Positions 25,471 to 37,300 of a stretch of 64,000 bases of DNA are shown here, in pieces (position 1 is the stretch's first letter; each line of letters begins with the position of its first letter). Source of the stretch: Klebsormidium nitens (Eukaryota; Plantae; Klebsormidiophyceae); assembly GCA_000708835.1 (NCBI GenBank), contig DF237028.1:1-64000 (forward strand). Direction: 5' to 3'. The position numbers were made by a program, and so were the translations under genes. The notes below the pieces were generated by a model, which made no database searches, was not told the DNA's origin, and saw nothing but the letters and a program-made list of their open reading frames with translations.

Positions 25471-26461
25471 AGCGAGTCACCAAGAAGCGCGGAAATAGGT
25501 GTTTGCGTTAGCGGTGTGAATTTGCGTGACAAAGGGGTGGTATGTTGCTCACTGCACTGCGAGAGGCTTTTAACATTTTCTGTTTGTGACCAAGGTGTGA
25601 AAGCCGGTGCATGCGGCTGTGTCTTGGTTTGATGGAAGGATCATCGCGACTGGCTGGTGCTTATTACCACCTCAGCTAATCATTTGCCTGCCTATTTAAT
25701 GACCTGCCCCACGTGTACATGCCGAAAGGCTCTTCCTGGAAGTTTTGCGTGGAGCTGGGGTACAATTTCTCAAGAACTGCGGTTAAACGAATTGGGTTTC
25801 TCTTGACCAGCTACTAACTGCAGCTTGCAGAGCATGTGATTTCTGCCGTCCATATTTGAAATCTGACGGTTTGTGAGCGTTGTGCATTGCGACCCACAAA
25901 GCTCTCCGACTTTTTCAGAGTACAAAAGCGCGATTTGGAGCCCCCTCAAAAGCGTGCAGTGGCGTATGCCATGTACCCAGGTAGGGGGTTTGCGGGCGAT
26001 TTCAAAGTTACCTTTGAGCTTTGTAAGGTCGACTGGAAAGTTGAAATGTGTCGCCAGGAATCGAACTGTAATGCTAAACCGGTAAGAGTGACTGCGTTAC
26101 ACTTTACAAATCCGCGAGTTCGTAACGCCAGTCGATTGGGTATATTTAGCGTTACCAGAATTTCTTAGACTATCTTCTACTATACATACACTATACACTA
26201 TACTTGCTGCCGCGCACTGGTGCATACCTAGATTCAATATGATATGAAGTGGCGTACACGGTACAGACGTGACAGAGCGGTGCCGCCAGGGGTGAGGTCC
26301 GAGGGTTCAATGCTCGAACAGGTCAACTTGTAACCTAAAATTGTCAAGAGGTGAATCTGTGCAAGTGGAAGACCGCTAACCCCAACATCCTGATTTTTGT
26401 TTTCGAGCAAACCAACCCGGCAAACCCGGGTTAGAAGTTTCAATTCCGGCTTTGCAGTAGT

Positions 26462-26671
26462 GTGGCAACTCCCTTGTGTCGTATTTAATTTGGGGCTTGT
26501 CACCAAAGGTTGATAGGCCGGGGGACGGGTAGGGTAGGTTTGGTGGTTTAATAGGGTGGGTAGGGGTGCGGAGCGCGTAGGTTTCTGGGTTAAAGGGTTT
26601 TTAAATTTTGGTGCCCGGGGCTTTTGAATCTTAGGAGACAAGCCCCTTTAAGGAGACAAGGGAGCTGCCCG
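26462..26671. mobile_element. MITE A (about 210 bp, degenerate TIRs)
   Basis: Left end GTGGCAACTCCCTTGTGTCGTATTTAATTTGGGGCTTGTCACCAAAGGT matches the reverse complement of the right end (CGGGCAGCTCCCTTGTCTCCTTAAAGGGGCTTGTCTCCTAAGAT). Right end is followed by TA. Confidence 0.65.
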
Positions 26672-26678
26672 TATCATA

Positions 26679-26872
26679 CTGGTAACTCAAGCGTGCCCTA
26701 AAAGCAGTGTGCCCTAAGATCCGTAGACCCCGGCCGAACAAACTAAAAAACCTAACCCAAACATTTCACACGCTCCGCACCCAAACCCACCCTAACCACC
26801 AAGCTAACCCTACCCGTCCTCCGGGTGCCTATCTTAGGGCACACCGCGGTTAGGGCACACTTGCGTTACCAG
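26679..26872. mobile_element. MITE B (194 bp, 42-bp imperfect TIR)
   Basis: CTGGTAACTCAAGCGTGCCCTAAAAGCAGTGTGCCCTAAGAT ... ATCTTAGGGCACACCGCGGTTAGGGCACACTTGCGTTACCAG. TA on the left flank only. Confidence 0.8.
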
Positions 26873-27104
26873 ACTGCCCTGCAGTGACCTAAATTACCTA
26901 ATCAATCATTGAACATGTGGCAATCCCCGGGCCAGGCCTAGGCATTATGCCTGGCATGAGACAAAGAGGGGATTGCGTGGATTGCTCTGCATCATTGCTG
27001 CAAGTTGACTAAAACCCTAGCTTTGCCCAGTCTGCGAAATAAGGGTGGGGATATTGGAACCCTATAGGCCGCCAGAACCACGGCACCCGAAATTGAGGGG
27101 CGTG

Positions 27105-27130
27105 GAACATTGGCCTAGCGGCCAATGTTC
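27105..27130. repeat. Perfect 11-bp hairpin
   Basis: GAACATTGGCC-tagc-GGCCAATGTTC. Confidence 0.85.
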
Positions 27131-27870
27131 TCCGCGGGGCGATACGTGAACGACTAGCGTCCCTCAGCTGGCCATAGGCACTTAGCTGTGATGTCAATAT
27201 TAAATCCCAGTGCCCATCCAGTGGCCCATAGAATGTATGTGCTAACAAGGCTTCCATGGATATGAGCAAGTAATAACTCAAGTAGCTCTGTGCCCGTATC
27301 CCTTTATTCGGCTGAGGTATAAGAGCTGGCGAGGCTGTGGTATAGGTCGACACTATCATATGCTGTAAAACAACTAGGTACGGTACCTTCGAATCTCTAT
27401 CCGGTAGGTCTGCCGGCACAGTGTTAGTCTGCCGAAGTTCAAGAACTTCGAAGCGACTGCTGCTGTCGGCACGGCGGTTGCCACGAAACGAACAAAAGTT
27501 TTGCACCGTTAGATTTGCACAATTGTATCTGACGCTTGAAACCCATGACGTATCATCGCGCGCAGCGCCGAATGATGCGGCGACCCTCGATTTCAAGGAG
27601 TGCCCCGGTCATTTGCAGTGCTAGCGCGCAAAGTGCCGGCCGCTGACGTGACTTTACGGCAGTCGATATTGACGCTCGACGGCTCTGACTCGTCGAAATT
27701 AACGACTTGCAATCTTGATCGTCCGAACTTATTGGGGTCAACTGCGAGAACGAATGTCAGGAATTTAAATCTCATACGGACCGCAGAGACAATATCCTTA
27801 ATGACAGTCTGACTGGTTTCTGCTCCTCCTAAAGGCGTAACGCCAGTCCAGGAACTTCAGGATGTTGTGT

Positions 27871-27953
27871 GTAAATAAAAGATAATGGAAGCGTAATACC
27901 TCCGGGACTCCGGAGGGGACGGTCCCTCGAACATTTTGCCAGCAGTTATTTAC
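27871..27953. repeat. Small double-hairpin module bounded by 8-bp inverted repeats
   Basis: GTAAATAA ... CCTCCGG-gact-CCGGAGG overlapping GAGGG-gacggt-CCCTC ... TTATTTAC. Confidence 0.6.
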
Positions 27954-28446
27954 TGAACCGATATCACTTTCTGATATATCGTGTCCATCATTTGCAGCAG
28001 CTATACCCTCTTCGTGATGTCAGTTTGCCTCTAATCATCCAAATGCATTTTTCCTTTAAATGCTCCCAATCCAGGAATTACTTTATCAAGCCCCGGGATA
28101 AGGGCGTCAGTCAGAGATGTTCGTCACATCCGAATGTAGGAACCGCAGAACATAGCCGTCATATCCAGTACGGAGCCCGCCAGACGCTTTATACCGCAGT
28201 CCTGCAGTTTACGAGCTGCGCGCTACCCTGCAGGCATAGCCACCCGTCGTAGGCAATGTCACGTCCTTAACGCAAAGCAACGACAATTTTGCAACTCAAT
28301 CAACCTACAACTTTGATACAATTCAACATAGGCCACAACCCCCTCGAGCTCGTCATGCCTTCCTCTCGAGTATGTTACATACCCTCCTATCGGGTCTTCA
28401 CACAGAGGCGGGGGGCAAGCTTGTAGCACGCCCTCTCGCATGCGAC

Positions 28447-31001
28447 CTAGTTGGTCGTCTCGTGCAGCTTGGGGTCATCGGGCTGCGAGTCCTGGCCCAT
28501 CCGCGTCCCTGCAACAGGACGCCCAACCAGCACCGTCAGCATGCACATGTGCAAACCTTCGGTCCGAAACCTAATCAATGACGGTCCAAAACCTAATAGA
28601 TGCGGTGTCACGCTGGCGCTCAGTCAAAGCATTAATGCACCTCTGACAAAGACGAGATGCTGTGATCTGTTTTATAATGCCCAATCCGCTTTTTCCAACT
28701 ATCCACAGTTGTTCGACAATACATCAAAGAACTAAACTAATGAATGTATGAGCGACCAGATGCAACATCGCCGCTCACCAAAGCCCTCTTCGCTGGAGCG
28801 CGTGTGGTAGTCGTCCCCGTAGCTGGCCTCCCCGTGCGTGGGCTTCTGCGGCTGCGCTGTGGGGTCGTGTTCCGCATCCACTTGGTGCAGCGCAGGGTCA
28901 TTCTCATTCTGCTCGTCGTCCTGGCCCATGCGCGTGCCTGCAACCCGCCACCCACCACACTTCTTACTGTCTGTACTTCTCGCCCGAACGACCTGACCTG
29001 TCAACATGCTGTTGATGGCTGCGCAGCGTCCCTGTGCTTTGAGCATCTTTGACTTGCCTCCTCCAACAACTTGAAGTCCCGATGAATCGAACGTCAAGCC
29101 CAAGAGACGGGTGGACTTTAACTCGAAGATTAGTTCGGTCAGGTGTGGAGCAGCTCAATAATCGCATTGAAAGTTCCAGTTTGTGTTTGCCTGGTAGATC
29201 GGCCTTCTCAGTCATGCCGCCTATCACTTCTAGATTCGAGACTCATCTCCAGTCCGGCAAAAACAGAATCTCCCTGACTCTCTCCTCGGGACTCATTCAG
29301 TACCGGGCAAAGTCCGCGGGCCTCACCGAAGCCCTCCTCGAAGGACCGTGTAGCGTACTTGGCCCCATATCCGTGCTCCCCCGGCTTTGCCGGCTCCTGC
29401 ACCGTCTCCTCCACCACAGTGCGCTCCACCACGCGAACCACCAACGTCTCGCCCCCTTCCTGGCGCTCGTGATCTGCACACAGCCACCGCAATCAGCCTC
29501 CGTTTTGGTCAGCTTCAACAACGAGCCCCTTTTGAGATTGCGCTCTGGTGGCCCATTTGTCATCTCTCCTCCTCCAGCCTGGCCCTTCTGATAGTGCACA
29601 ACCAAATGCTACCTGTAACTAGTCAGCCGCCTGGATGAACCAGGGGGCCGCTACGTCGGCCCCAGCTCAACTGAAAAACAGCTCTGAATGCGGACACTTG
29701 ACAGCACTACAGCGTCCTCGGGTTGACAACTTCTCTGGACTTCCATTTGAGACTCTCCTCAAGCTTACCAGTTCGACGAAGTCCTGGTAAGTCCTTATCT
29801 TTTTGAAGGTTGAATTGCTCAGAATTGCTGATGACAGGAACTTCAAGTGCCTGAGTTTTTTGCACAGCGAATCGGCCGTTCGTGAAGCCTCCTCGCCTTG
29901 TATACCCTATTGGTATAATGCAAAGACAGGCTCCCAAAGACTCACCTACAACAGTCACTGCTGGATCCATGGCTTCCCGCGTTCCTGTACCTGCACAGCA
30001 GCAGAAGAGTACAACTTTCTTCAAAAGCCTTGGGCGCAAGCTGGACCAGACTCTGATATCCCAATATAGGACAGGCATCTGATGCGCTGTTTACTCAGTC
30101 TAAAATTGAACAATAGATGCGGGTTTCGTCAAGCAGCTCACAGTAATGTTGAGGGCATTACGAACTTGTTCTGAAACGAGCCTGATTCTACAGCCCCATC
30201 AGATCCAAGAGAAGTTTGACTACCAGGATGGCTGCAGAAGTAGCCACTGACGAGCTTCTAGCTTACCAATGCCTTTGTCTGATGAGTGGCCGCCATGCTT
30301 GTGTGCATCTGCAGAAGGAAAAGATAGTAGATGTATTACAGGACTGGCTGAACCAACATCAGGGAAGGAAAATATATAAGAAAGCCTGCCACATTCAGTC
30401 TGTCTTTTCTGACGCCCGCGTGAGCCCTTCAGTGGCTACAATCACAAGCGTCAGTGTGAATCAGAGTAGATTGCACTGATGCTTCCCCAGCTTGTGCAAA
30501 GGCAGCACAGCAGGATGTACCCCACATCCTAGTTACTCCATGCAAGGGAAGAGAGGGGCGCTGGCTGCCACGCGGCACCCCTAGAGGCCCACCCGCCATC
30601 TCCTCGTCGAACGCCTGCCGCACCTTGTGCCCAAACGCCGCCGTGACCGTGCCCTCTGAGTGCGCCGGGGGTGATCCATGTACTGCCCGCCTTAACAGTG
30701 TACTAGAGAACCAAGCGGAAGGTCCAATCAACTGCGGCTCCAAGACAACATCAGGTGAGCTGATGGCTTTGGCACCCAAGGGCAGGCTGTGCAGAATACC
30801 CCCATTGGCATGAAGCAGGGTGGAAAGGCCCCTGTGTGCTCCCCCTTCCCGTGCTGGGGAACACACCGCGCGCGACGCCGGCTGTAGCTGTGCATGCATG
30901 GACCGAATGCCACCATGGATAGTGTCAAATTTGCATCCCCCCGCAGCCCGTCTGAGCAACCGCCTCCAGGCACTGGTGCCAACAACTCGAGCAGACGCCA
31001 T
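28447..31001 (-). CDS. Unassigned hydrophilic repeat protein with a putative mitochondrial presequence (5 exons)
   Basis: Exons 31001-30593, 29990-29946, 29473-29327, 28937-28779 and 28508-28447 join in frame through four phase-1 GT-AG introns. Product ends ...YATRSFEEGFGTRMGQDDEQNENDPALH...YHTRSSEEGFGTRMGQDSQPDDPKLHETTN*. Confidence 0.75.
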
Positions 31002-31176
31002 GATCGAACACCCAAAACACCGCTAGTGTTGACAGCGACGGAGCCTAAAAGCGCACCTGCAATTTGTGCATCAGCATCTCATACCAATGCGGGCATTCGA
31101 TCTACCCGCCGGAGAGCGGAAAAGCGAAGCATCTTCGACGAATACGATGCTGCCACTTTTCCACTTCGGGCGCCTG

Positions 31177-31290
31177 CTGACGTCAGAGTTTTACGCCAAG
31201 CGTGACGGTCCATCGCCGGTGCGCGGCGGGCCGGCCGGGCCGGCGCCCGGCCCACGTGACGTCCGGCGGCGCAGCGCGGCCGCCCGCCGG
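31177..31290. promoter_or_regulatory. bZIP-type boxes in a GC-rich promoter island upstream of the repeat-protein gene
   Basis: CTGACGTCAG palindrome (31177-31186) and CACGTG-ACGT (31253-31262), about 175-260 bp upstream of the ATG at 31001. Confidence 0.45.
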
Positions 31291-32086
31291 CGGGCCCAGA
31301 AGGTCGAACGGTTTCACGGTTCAACAGACCCGGGCCATTCACTTTTCGCAAGCAGTAGGTTTACGATGTAAGCAGCATGTTCTCTTTTGACCTATTGCTA
31401 GCAATCGCGTAGTCAATGATGGCGGGATACACTCCTAAAAAAAGAATACATATACTTCGCAATAGAATTCGTTCCGGCCATCAATCGACCACCGTCATCA
31501 CTTGGGTGCGGCCTGCGGCGGACGACATGACCATCGTTCCTGCAAGCTGTCCGGCGATCGCATACCGCTGCCGAATCTGAAGGCAGTGATTCTGCTCATA
31601 CGCAATAGTGTCCGAAAGTGAGTTTGTTAAGAACGGCTTGGCGGCCTCTTGCCATTAGTTCGTCAATGACAATTGAGCATACATTAACCTATACTCCCCA
31701 AACATCCGCCTTATCAAAAACTGCTCAAAGACACCATCTAAGCACAATGATTGACAGGAGTCCCTCGCTGTACCACATCAATAGACATAACAACAACTGA
31801 CGTATATACCCATGACAGATTGCACATCATTACAGCGGCTGTCTGCCTAAACAAAACGACTCAATGTTTGATGCAACATGGATTACGCGGTCCGTTTGAC
31901 TGCCATCTGCTTCCAAGCCTCAAACAAACAAATCCCGCAGTTATCTGGTTGGGGGACGCGTGCAGTATATCAAGCAGCCGACTACGCAATCTGATCAGGC
32001 GGCTGCACAACCAACAAGAACCACGGCAGAAGGCGCTGCTCGGGACCCCACGCCCGCATGGCACTCTCGTCACGCCAGGCCGGCCA

Positions 32087-35000
32087 TCATGCGTTGCTGA
32101 CTGCCTGGCCGACTGTCGTACTGTCCTCGCTGGCCCGCTCCCTGGTGCACACGTCTCGACGACACACGGGGCACACCCTGCACGCACGCGGAGCAGAGCG
32201 CATCGGAGGTGAGGCGAAAGAGCGGGCATCCCCGAGTGTGAGGAGAATCCGACACACAATCCCCCTCTGCGTATTGAACTCCAGAACAGTTGCACGATAT
32301 TGTATGACGGCATGCTTTCAAAGCATATGCCCGCTCACACCTTCGCTTTGTCGCCTTTCCGAGGTACCTTTGCTACAACCGGAGCGACTGGCCTGACCCA
32401 ACGTGTCTACGGTCCTCCAACCACCATTTTGGATCAGCCAACGGGAGAAACGCCACGAGAGTACAAAAACTCTCGCTTTAGCGGGATATGCCCAAACGGA
32501 TCACCGACAACCAGGACAACCGTCTAAAGCACGTGGTCACGCCCCGTGAAGGGGCGGGCATGCTGTTTGGCTGACCTGTGGACCTGGAGGAGCCACTTGT
32601 CGATGCACGGGCTGTGGTACTCGTGGCCGCACGGCAGCCGCCGCAGCGCCTCCCCCGCCAGGTACTCCGTCAGGCAGATGTAGCACCTGCACGCCGCGCC
32701 GCGCACAGGACGGTCAGAGGCAGCGCGCAGGCAGTGGAGCAACGATGACGGCCACTCTGATGCCTAAGGCAGCCCTAGCTGTGCCTGCGCCTCGGGTAAT
32801 ATGGCCTCCTGGTGACATGGTCAGCAAGGAAAGTTCAGGGGTCGTGGGGGTAAACGAGCTTACAACACAACACCAGCAAGCAGGACGTCCGACCGTCTGC
32901 CACACAACTACTCCCAGAACCCGTGGAAGGAGGACGTGGATTAAATCTGATCTTCTTGAACCCTCCCAGAGTTTAGTACTATTTCCACCGCGCGGGCCGG
33001 TATGACTCCTTTGAATTTCCGTACCGGTGAAAACTACCTACTTGTGCTGGCGATCATACTGCAGGTATAAGGTGAGGACCAGGAAAGTCACTCGGTGATC
33101 CACGTGACTCCCCAGCCAGTTGCCGGGAGGCGGCTACACTACGCAGCGCGGTCCACAGTACTGTACAGCTGAAAACTTCAAAAGTCCGAATTTGGTCCAC
33201 GTTCTCCTTCCCCGGGTCTCCCAACGTCCTTCTCAACTTTCAAAGAGGCCGGGGCACTCACTGTGGCAGTGCGTCCTGCTCTGCCTCCCCGCTGTTGGCC
33301 GTCGTGGCGGTCGGCTCCTGTGGTTCGAACACGTGGAGGGGCAGCGCCTGGACCACCGCGCGCGGAGCCGGCTGCCGGCCGCGGGTGGGACCGGGGGGCG
33401 CCCACGGCACAGCGGGGCCGCTCTGCGCCTGGAGCTCATCCAGCACCTGCGGCCAAGCACGGCGCCACTCACACACTGCGTGCGGACTCAAGGTGGACAC
33501 GAGGCCGCCCAGGCTGGCCGTTGGACGAATCTAGATCGGGCATTGGGCGTTTACAGGCGCACCAAATGCTGAGGATCTTCTGCGTATTCAAAAAGTCCAT
33601 ATGTGCGCTACTGTGGAAGTGTCTCCCCGACGCGTCTGCAAGGGAAGCCAGCTTCAAAATGGTACCTGTACCTTTTTGACTTCTCCATCCCAGTGTTTGC
33701 AAGCCTGTGCACAGTACATGAACTCCTAACTGTGTCTCAAGCACTTCAGGCACCTCTTGCCTCTGCCAAAGCCCTTCCTGATAGATGCAAGCTATGTCTC
33801 GAAACGGCCGCTCACCTCGAAGAGCGCCTCTGCCAGCGCCACTATCCGCGACATGCTGCCCCGGTCGGGCCGCCCGGCCCCGGTGCGGGCAGCCCCCGCA
33901 TCTGCCCCCCCTTCACGCGTGGCTCGCGCTGTAGCGGAGCTGGTGAAGGCGGCGGCGCGGCTACTGCGGCTGGCGGCAGCACTGGGGGAGGGACCGCGGC
34001 CACCCCCCAAGAGGGCACTCCTGGATATACAAAAAGACAGTAAGCAGGCAGTGGAGCAATCTGAGAAGCAAACGGAAAAAGAAACACGCCTGCCGCACAT
34101 TTAGATGCCATTGTGTTCAATCGGCACAGATGTGGATAAGAGCAAGCCCGTCCTGCGGCTCTGTACCTGAGCACCTTAGAACACTATTCCATCATGTGTG
34201 CCAAGACGCTACACCTTCGTACACCCTCAAGCTGTTGACTTCTGCATTGGCATTAGAAGTGTTCTTTAGCGAGCTTGGCTGCGGCGCTCCCTGGCTGCTC
34301 ACCTGTACACGTTGGCTGTTCTGCTGCGTGAGCTGGCTCCCCCGCCGCCAAGCCGGCTGCCGCCTCCCGCTGTACGCGAAGGAGGGGGGCTGGGGGAGGG
34401 CGGACGGCGCGTCGGCCCTCCCAATGGCATTGATGCCGAGGAGGCAGGGAAGCGAAGGGGGCTGTCCAGTAACTGCAGACGAGGGCGGACTGTCAAGTCA
34501 GATCAAGGACCTGGCTCTTGGCAAGCTGTTGCCTAAGGCGTACTTCGAAAAGAATGGATTGCCAGGAATGAGATAGGTCACAGAAAAGCTGTGATTGCCG
34601 GTGCATCCCAGTCTCACGACGCAGCCACGCAGCATAGTGTGCTAGCGAGCATGCTGACCGCCTTCCCCAGTGACTGCCGCTTTGATTTGCAGATGGCGAG
34701 GTCCGTCTTCCCATGCTCACCTGTCGAGGGGGTGCCTGTACAAGCGGTCCGTGCCTGATGCTGCTCAGTGGGGGGGCTGTCCCGGTGGTGCTGCTGCTGC
34801 TGCTGTCCTGCCTATTCTCCCTACTGTCCTCTGTGCGCCGCGCAAACCACCCGCCCGCGGCCTCCTGCTCCATCTGTCGTGCTGTCCTGTCGTGCGGGGC
34901 CGCGCCCCCCTGCTGGGGTCGCGCCAGCCCGCTGCTGCTACTACTGGCCACTGACGCGCCCGGCGGCGCGGCCTCGGAAGGTGGTGCCCCCTGGTTGGCG

Positions 35001-36371
35001 GTGCTCTCCGGGCTGCTGTCATTCTCCCACGCTTGCAGTGCGTCACGGTCCCACCCGTTCCACGATGCTGACATGCGCTCGCTCTGCCGCTGCGACTTGC
35101 GGCCCCGGAAGAGCGGACCAATGCCGCCACCCTACAAAACAAGCTCGTCTTGTGAACCCCTGCCAAGAGTTTGGTAACCCCTGAGATTGACAAGCAAGAG
35201 AGCAGGATAACTGGCCAACTCACATAACTCTCCAATCATTCTCTAACAGATCTTTGTAATCAATTGTAGAAACATATAATCTTTCAGAACTTCGGTGACT
35301 CGGGGAACTAATCAAAGGTGGAAACAATCATCCTGCGCCCAATTCAAGACGCCCCGGATGCCGCACCTGTGGCCGGTGGCCCTTGTCCGTGCTTCGCGTG
35401 CTGGGGCTGCTGTCGCGGCTGCTGTAGCTGGAGGGGCTGCTGCCATACTGAGTGGGTGTGCCCGGCCGCGGGGGCGCCCCGCGCTTTGCGTCCTCCTCGC
35501 TCAGGCTGCTGCTCTCAGCAGAGGCCGACCCCGCAGGGCTGCCCGGCCCGTCCTCCCACCCCGCCAGCAGGGTGCGTCGCTCGGGCGGCGGCCGGGCCGC
35601 TTGCGAGGGTGGGTAGCTCAGGATGCTGGCGGGGGCCTCTTCGAGCAACCACAGCGGGGCCCCGCAACCCAGCGGGCTGGGGGGTGGCGCAGCAGACAGG
35701 AGAGCAGGCTGTGGCTGATTCAGAGAGGCAAACGGTAGCGGCAGAGATTGGCTGTATGGCAGTACGTTCCCCTGTGGCCGAGTGTATGCTGCCGCATCAC
35801 TGGTTGGCTCCGACTGCTCGCCCGAAGCGCGGACCGGCTGCAGAGGGGATGCAGCGTCCTGCATCGGAGCTCGCTCGTCCTCTACGGAGCTGTGCGGCCC
35901 CGGTTTGGACCCTGGCGCATCCTTGGTGGGTGCCCCCGTCTCCCCGTCCTTCCGAACACCGGTGTCCTGCGGGCTGCTGCTGTAACTGGGAGAAGCATGA
36001 ACCACCTTCCCTGCAGCTTTGAGAGAGCGCCACCGCGAGAAGCGCCCCAGCCTCGCCCGTGGTTCCGCTCCGTCCTCCCCTCCAGAGCTGGGCGGGGTAT
36101 CAGGCAGCCGGAGCAGAGAAGGAACGGCGCGGGGGACACTGACAGGGGCGGAGGAAGAGGAGGAGCCCTGCCTAAGAGCAGTCAGCGACTCTGGCGCAGC
36201 AGGGGAGGCCTCGGAGGTGCTGCTGCCATCAGGGTCGTCTTCGCTCCTTCTCCGGCTAAACCGCCTTTTGATAGACCGCCAGAAGTGGCGCCTGGCCGGC
36301 CGCGCAGCCGGGCTGGACTCCGAGGAGGATGACGTGTCCATGGCACGCTCAGGGCCAAGCGAGACGGCCAT
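32087..36371 (-). CDS. RING-H2 E3 ubiquitin ligase with a long Ser/Pro-rich disordered N-terminus (multi-exon)
   Basis: C-terminal [37 protein letters not shown]|[10 protein letters not shown], spliced in phase. Long low-complexity first exon. Internal exon boundaries are uncertain. Confidence 0.8.
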
Positions 36372-37300
36372 GGGGCCAGAGCAATCCTACGGGCGATGTG
36401 AACAAAGAGGAAGCTCTTCTGGACCCCCTAGGCATCTCTTAGCGACCCTCTTGGCGAAGACACCAACTCAAATTGCGTGGAGTGAGGCGTCTATCCACAG
36501 CCAGGCCCCTGTTGGGAGATGCTGTCTCGTTCAGACAGAAGTGCGGCGCCAAGATGCCATGTTTTAAATGAATTTGATGGCAAATTGATGGTGGCTGCCC
36601 TGACTATTGAGCTGCGCCGTCGTCGCGCCGAGTCTCTGCAGAGGAGCGGTCGCAAGTAGAAAGCGGCAATTATCACTTTCACGACCAGACAAGAGTTGAG
36701 ACAACTCGGCACCAGCAAACAGGGATTCTAAAGAGGACCCCACGCGGTTTGCAATGGAACTTGGAAGTGTCATCGCAAAGAACCTTGTTCACCTGATTTG
36801 CTGCATTGCCAGCACCGCCAGCAGCCTGCTGATTCCAGAACGGAGGCCCCAGATCGAGTACCTACTCAGCTGCCGTTCGCTGCATTTGGTGCCAATGCAG
36901 GGTGCTTGCTTCTGAAGGAAGCAGAACGACTTCAAAGATCGATGAGCTGGTCATGGACACCCGTTGAATATATCGCAAGAAGGGGGGCCTCACACTGATA
37001 TTTCTGGTGGTAGTGGGTGAATGAAGTGCACCCTTTTACTTGATGCTGCTGCCTGGGAAGGTCAGACATACGGAAGGAGCTCAAGGGCAAAAGCGTCACA
37101 GATTGTGGTTCGCTGTGTACAGCGCTGCTAGGCGGCCTGTTAGCAGTTTCACATGGTAAGTCCATCGTGCATTCGCAAAGTGGCCATTGAGCCCCTTCTG
37201 CTTTAGACATGAGTACCTTCAAGGTGGTTCAGATTCCTCTCAAAAGCGGCCACAGTCCGCTGTCCTGTTCGATCCCCACTAAGGCTGCTTGTTGCTGCAG

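Noticed and set aside
26273-26460. hAT-MITE-like left end (CAGAGCGGTGCCGCCAGGGG)
   Set aside because: No matching right TIR or 8-bp TSD found.
30216-30479. Plus-strand 87-aa ORF
   Set aside because: Lies antisense within intron 1 of the repeat-protein gene; no motif recognised.
34493-36567. Many overlapping long ORFs on both strands
   Set aside because: Expected shadow ORFs of the GC-rich, low-complexity RING gene exons. The same applies throughout SCY1, mTERF, E(z) and NRAMP.
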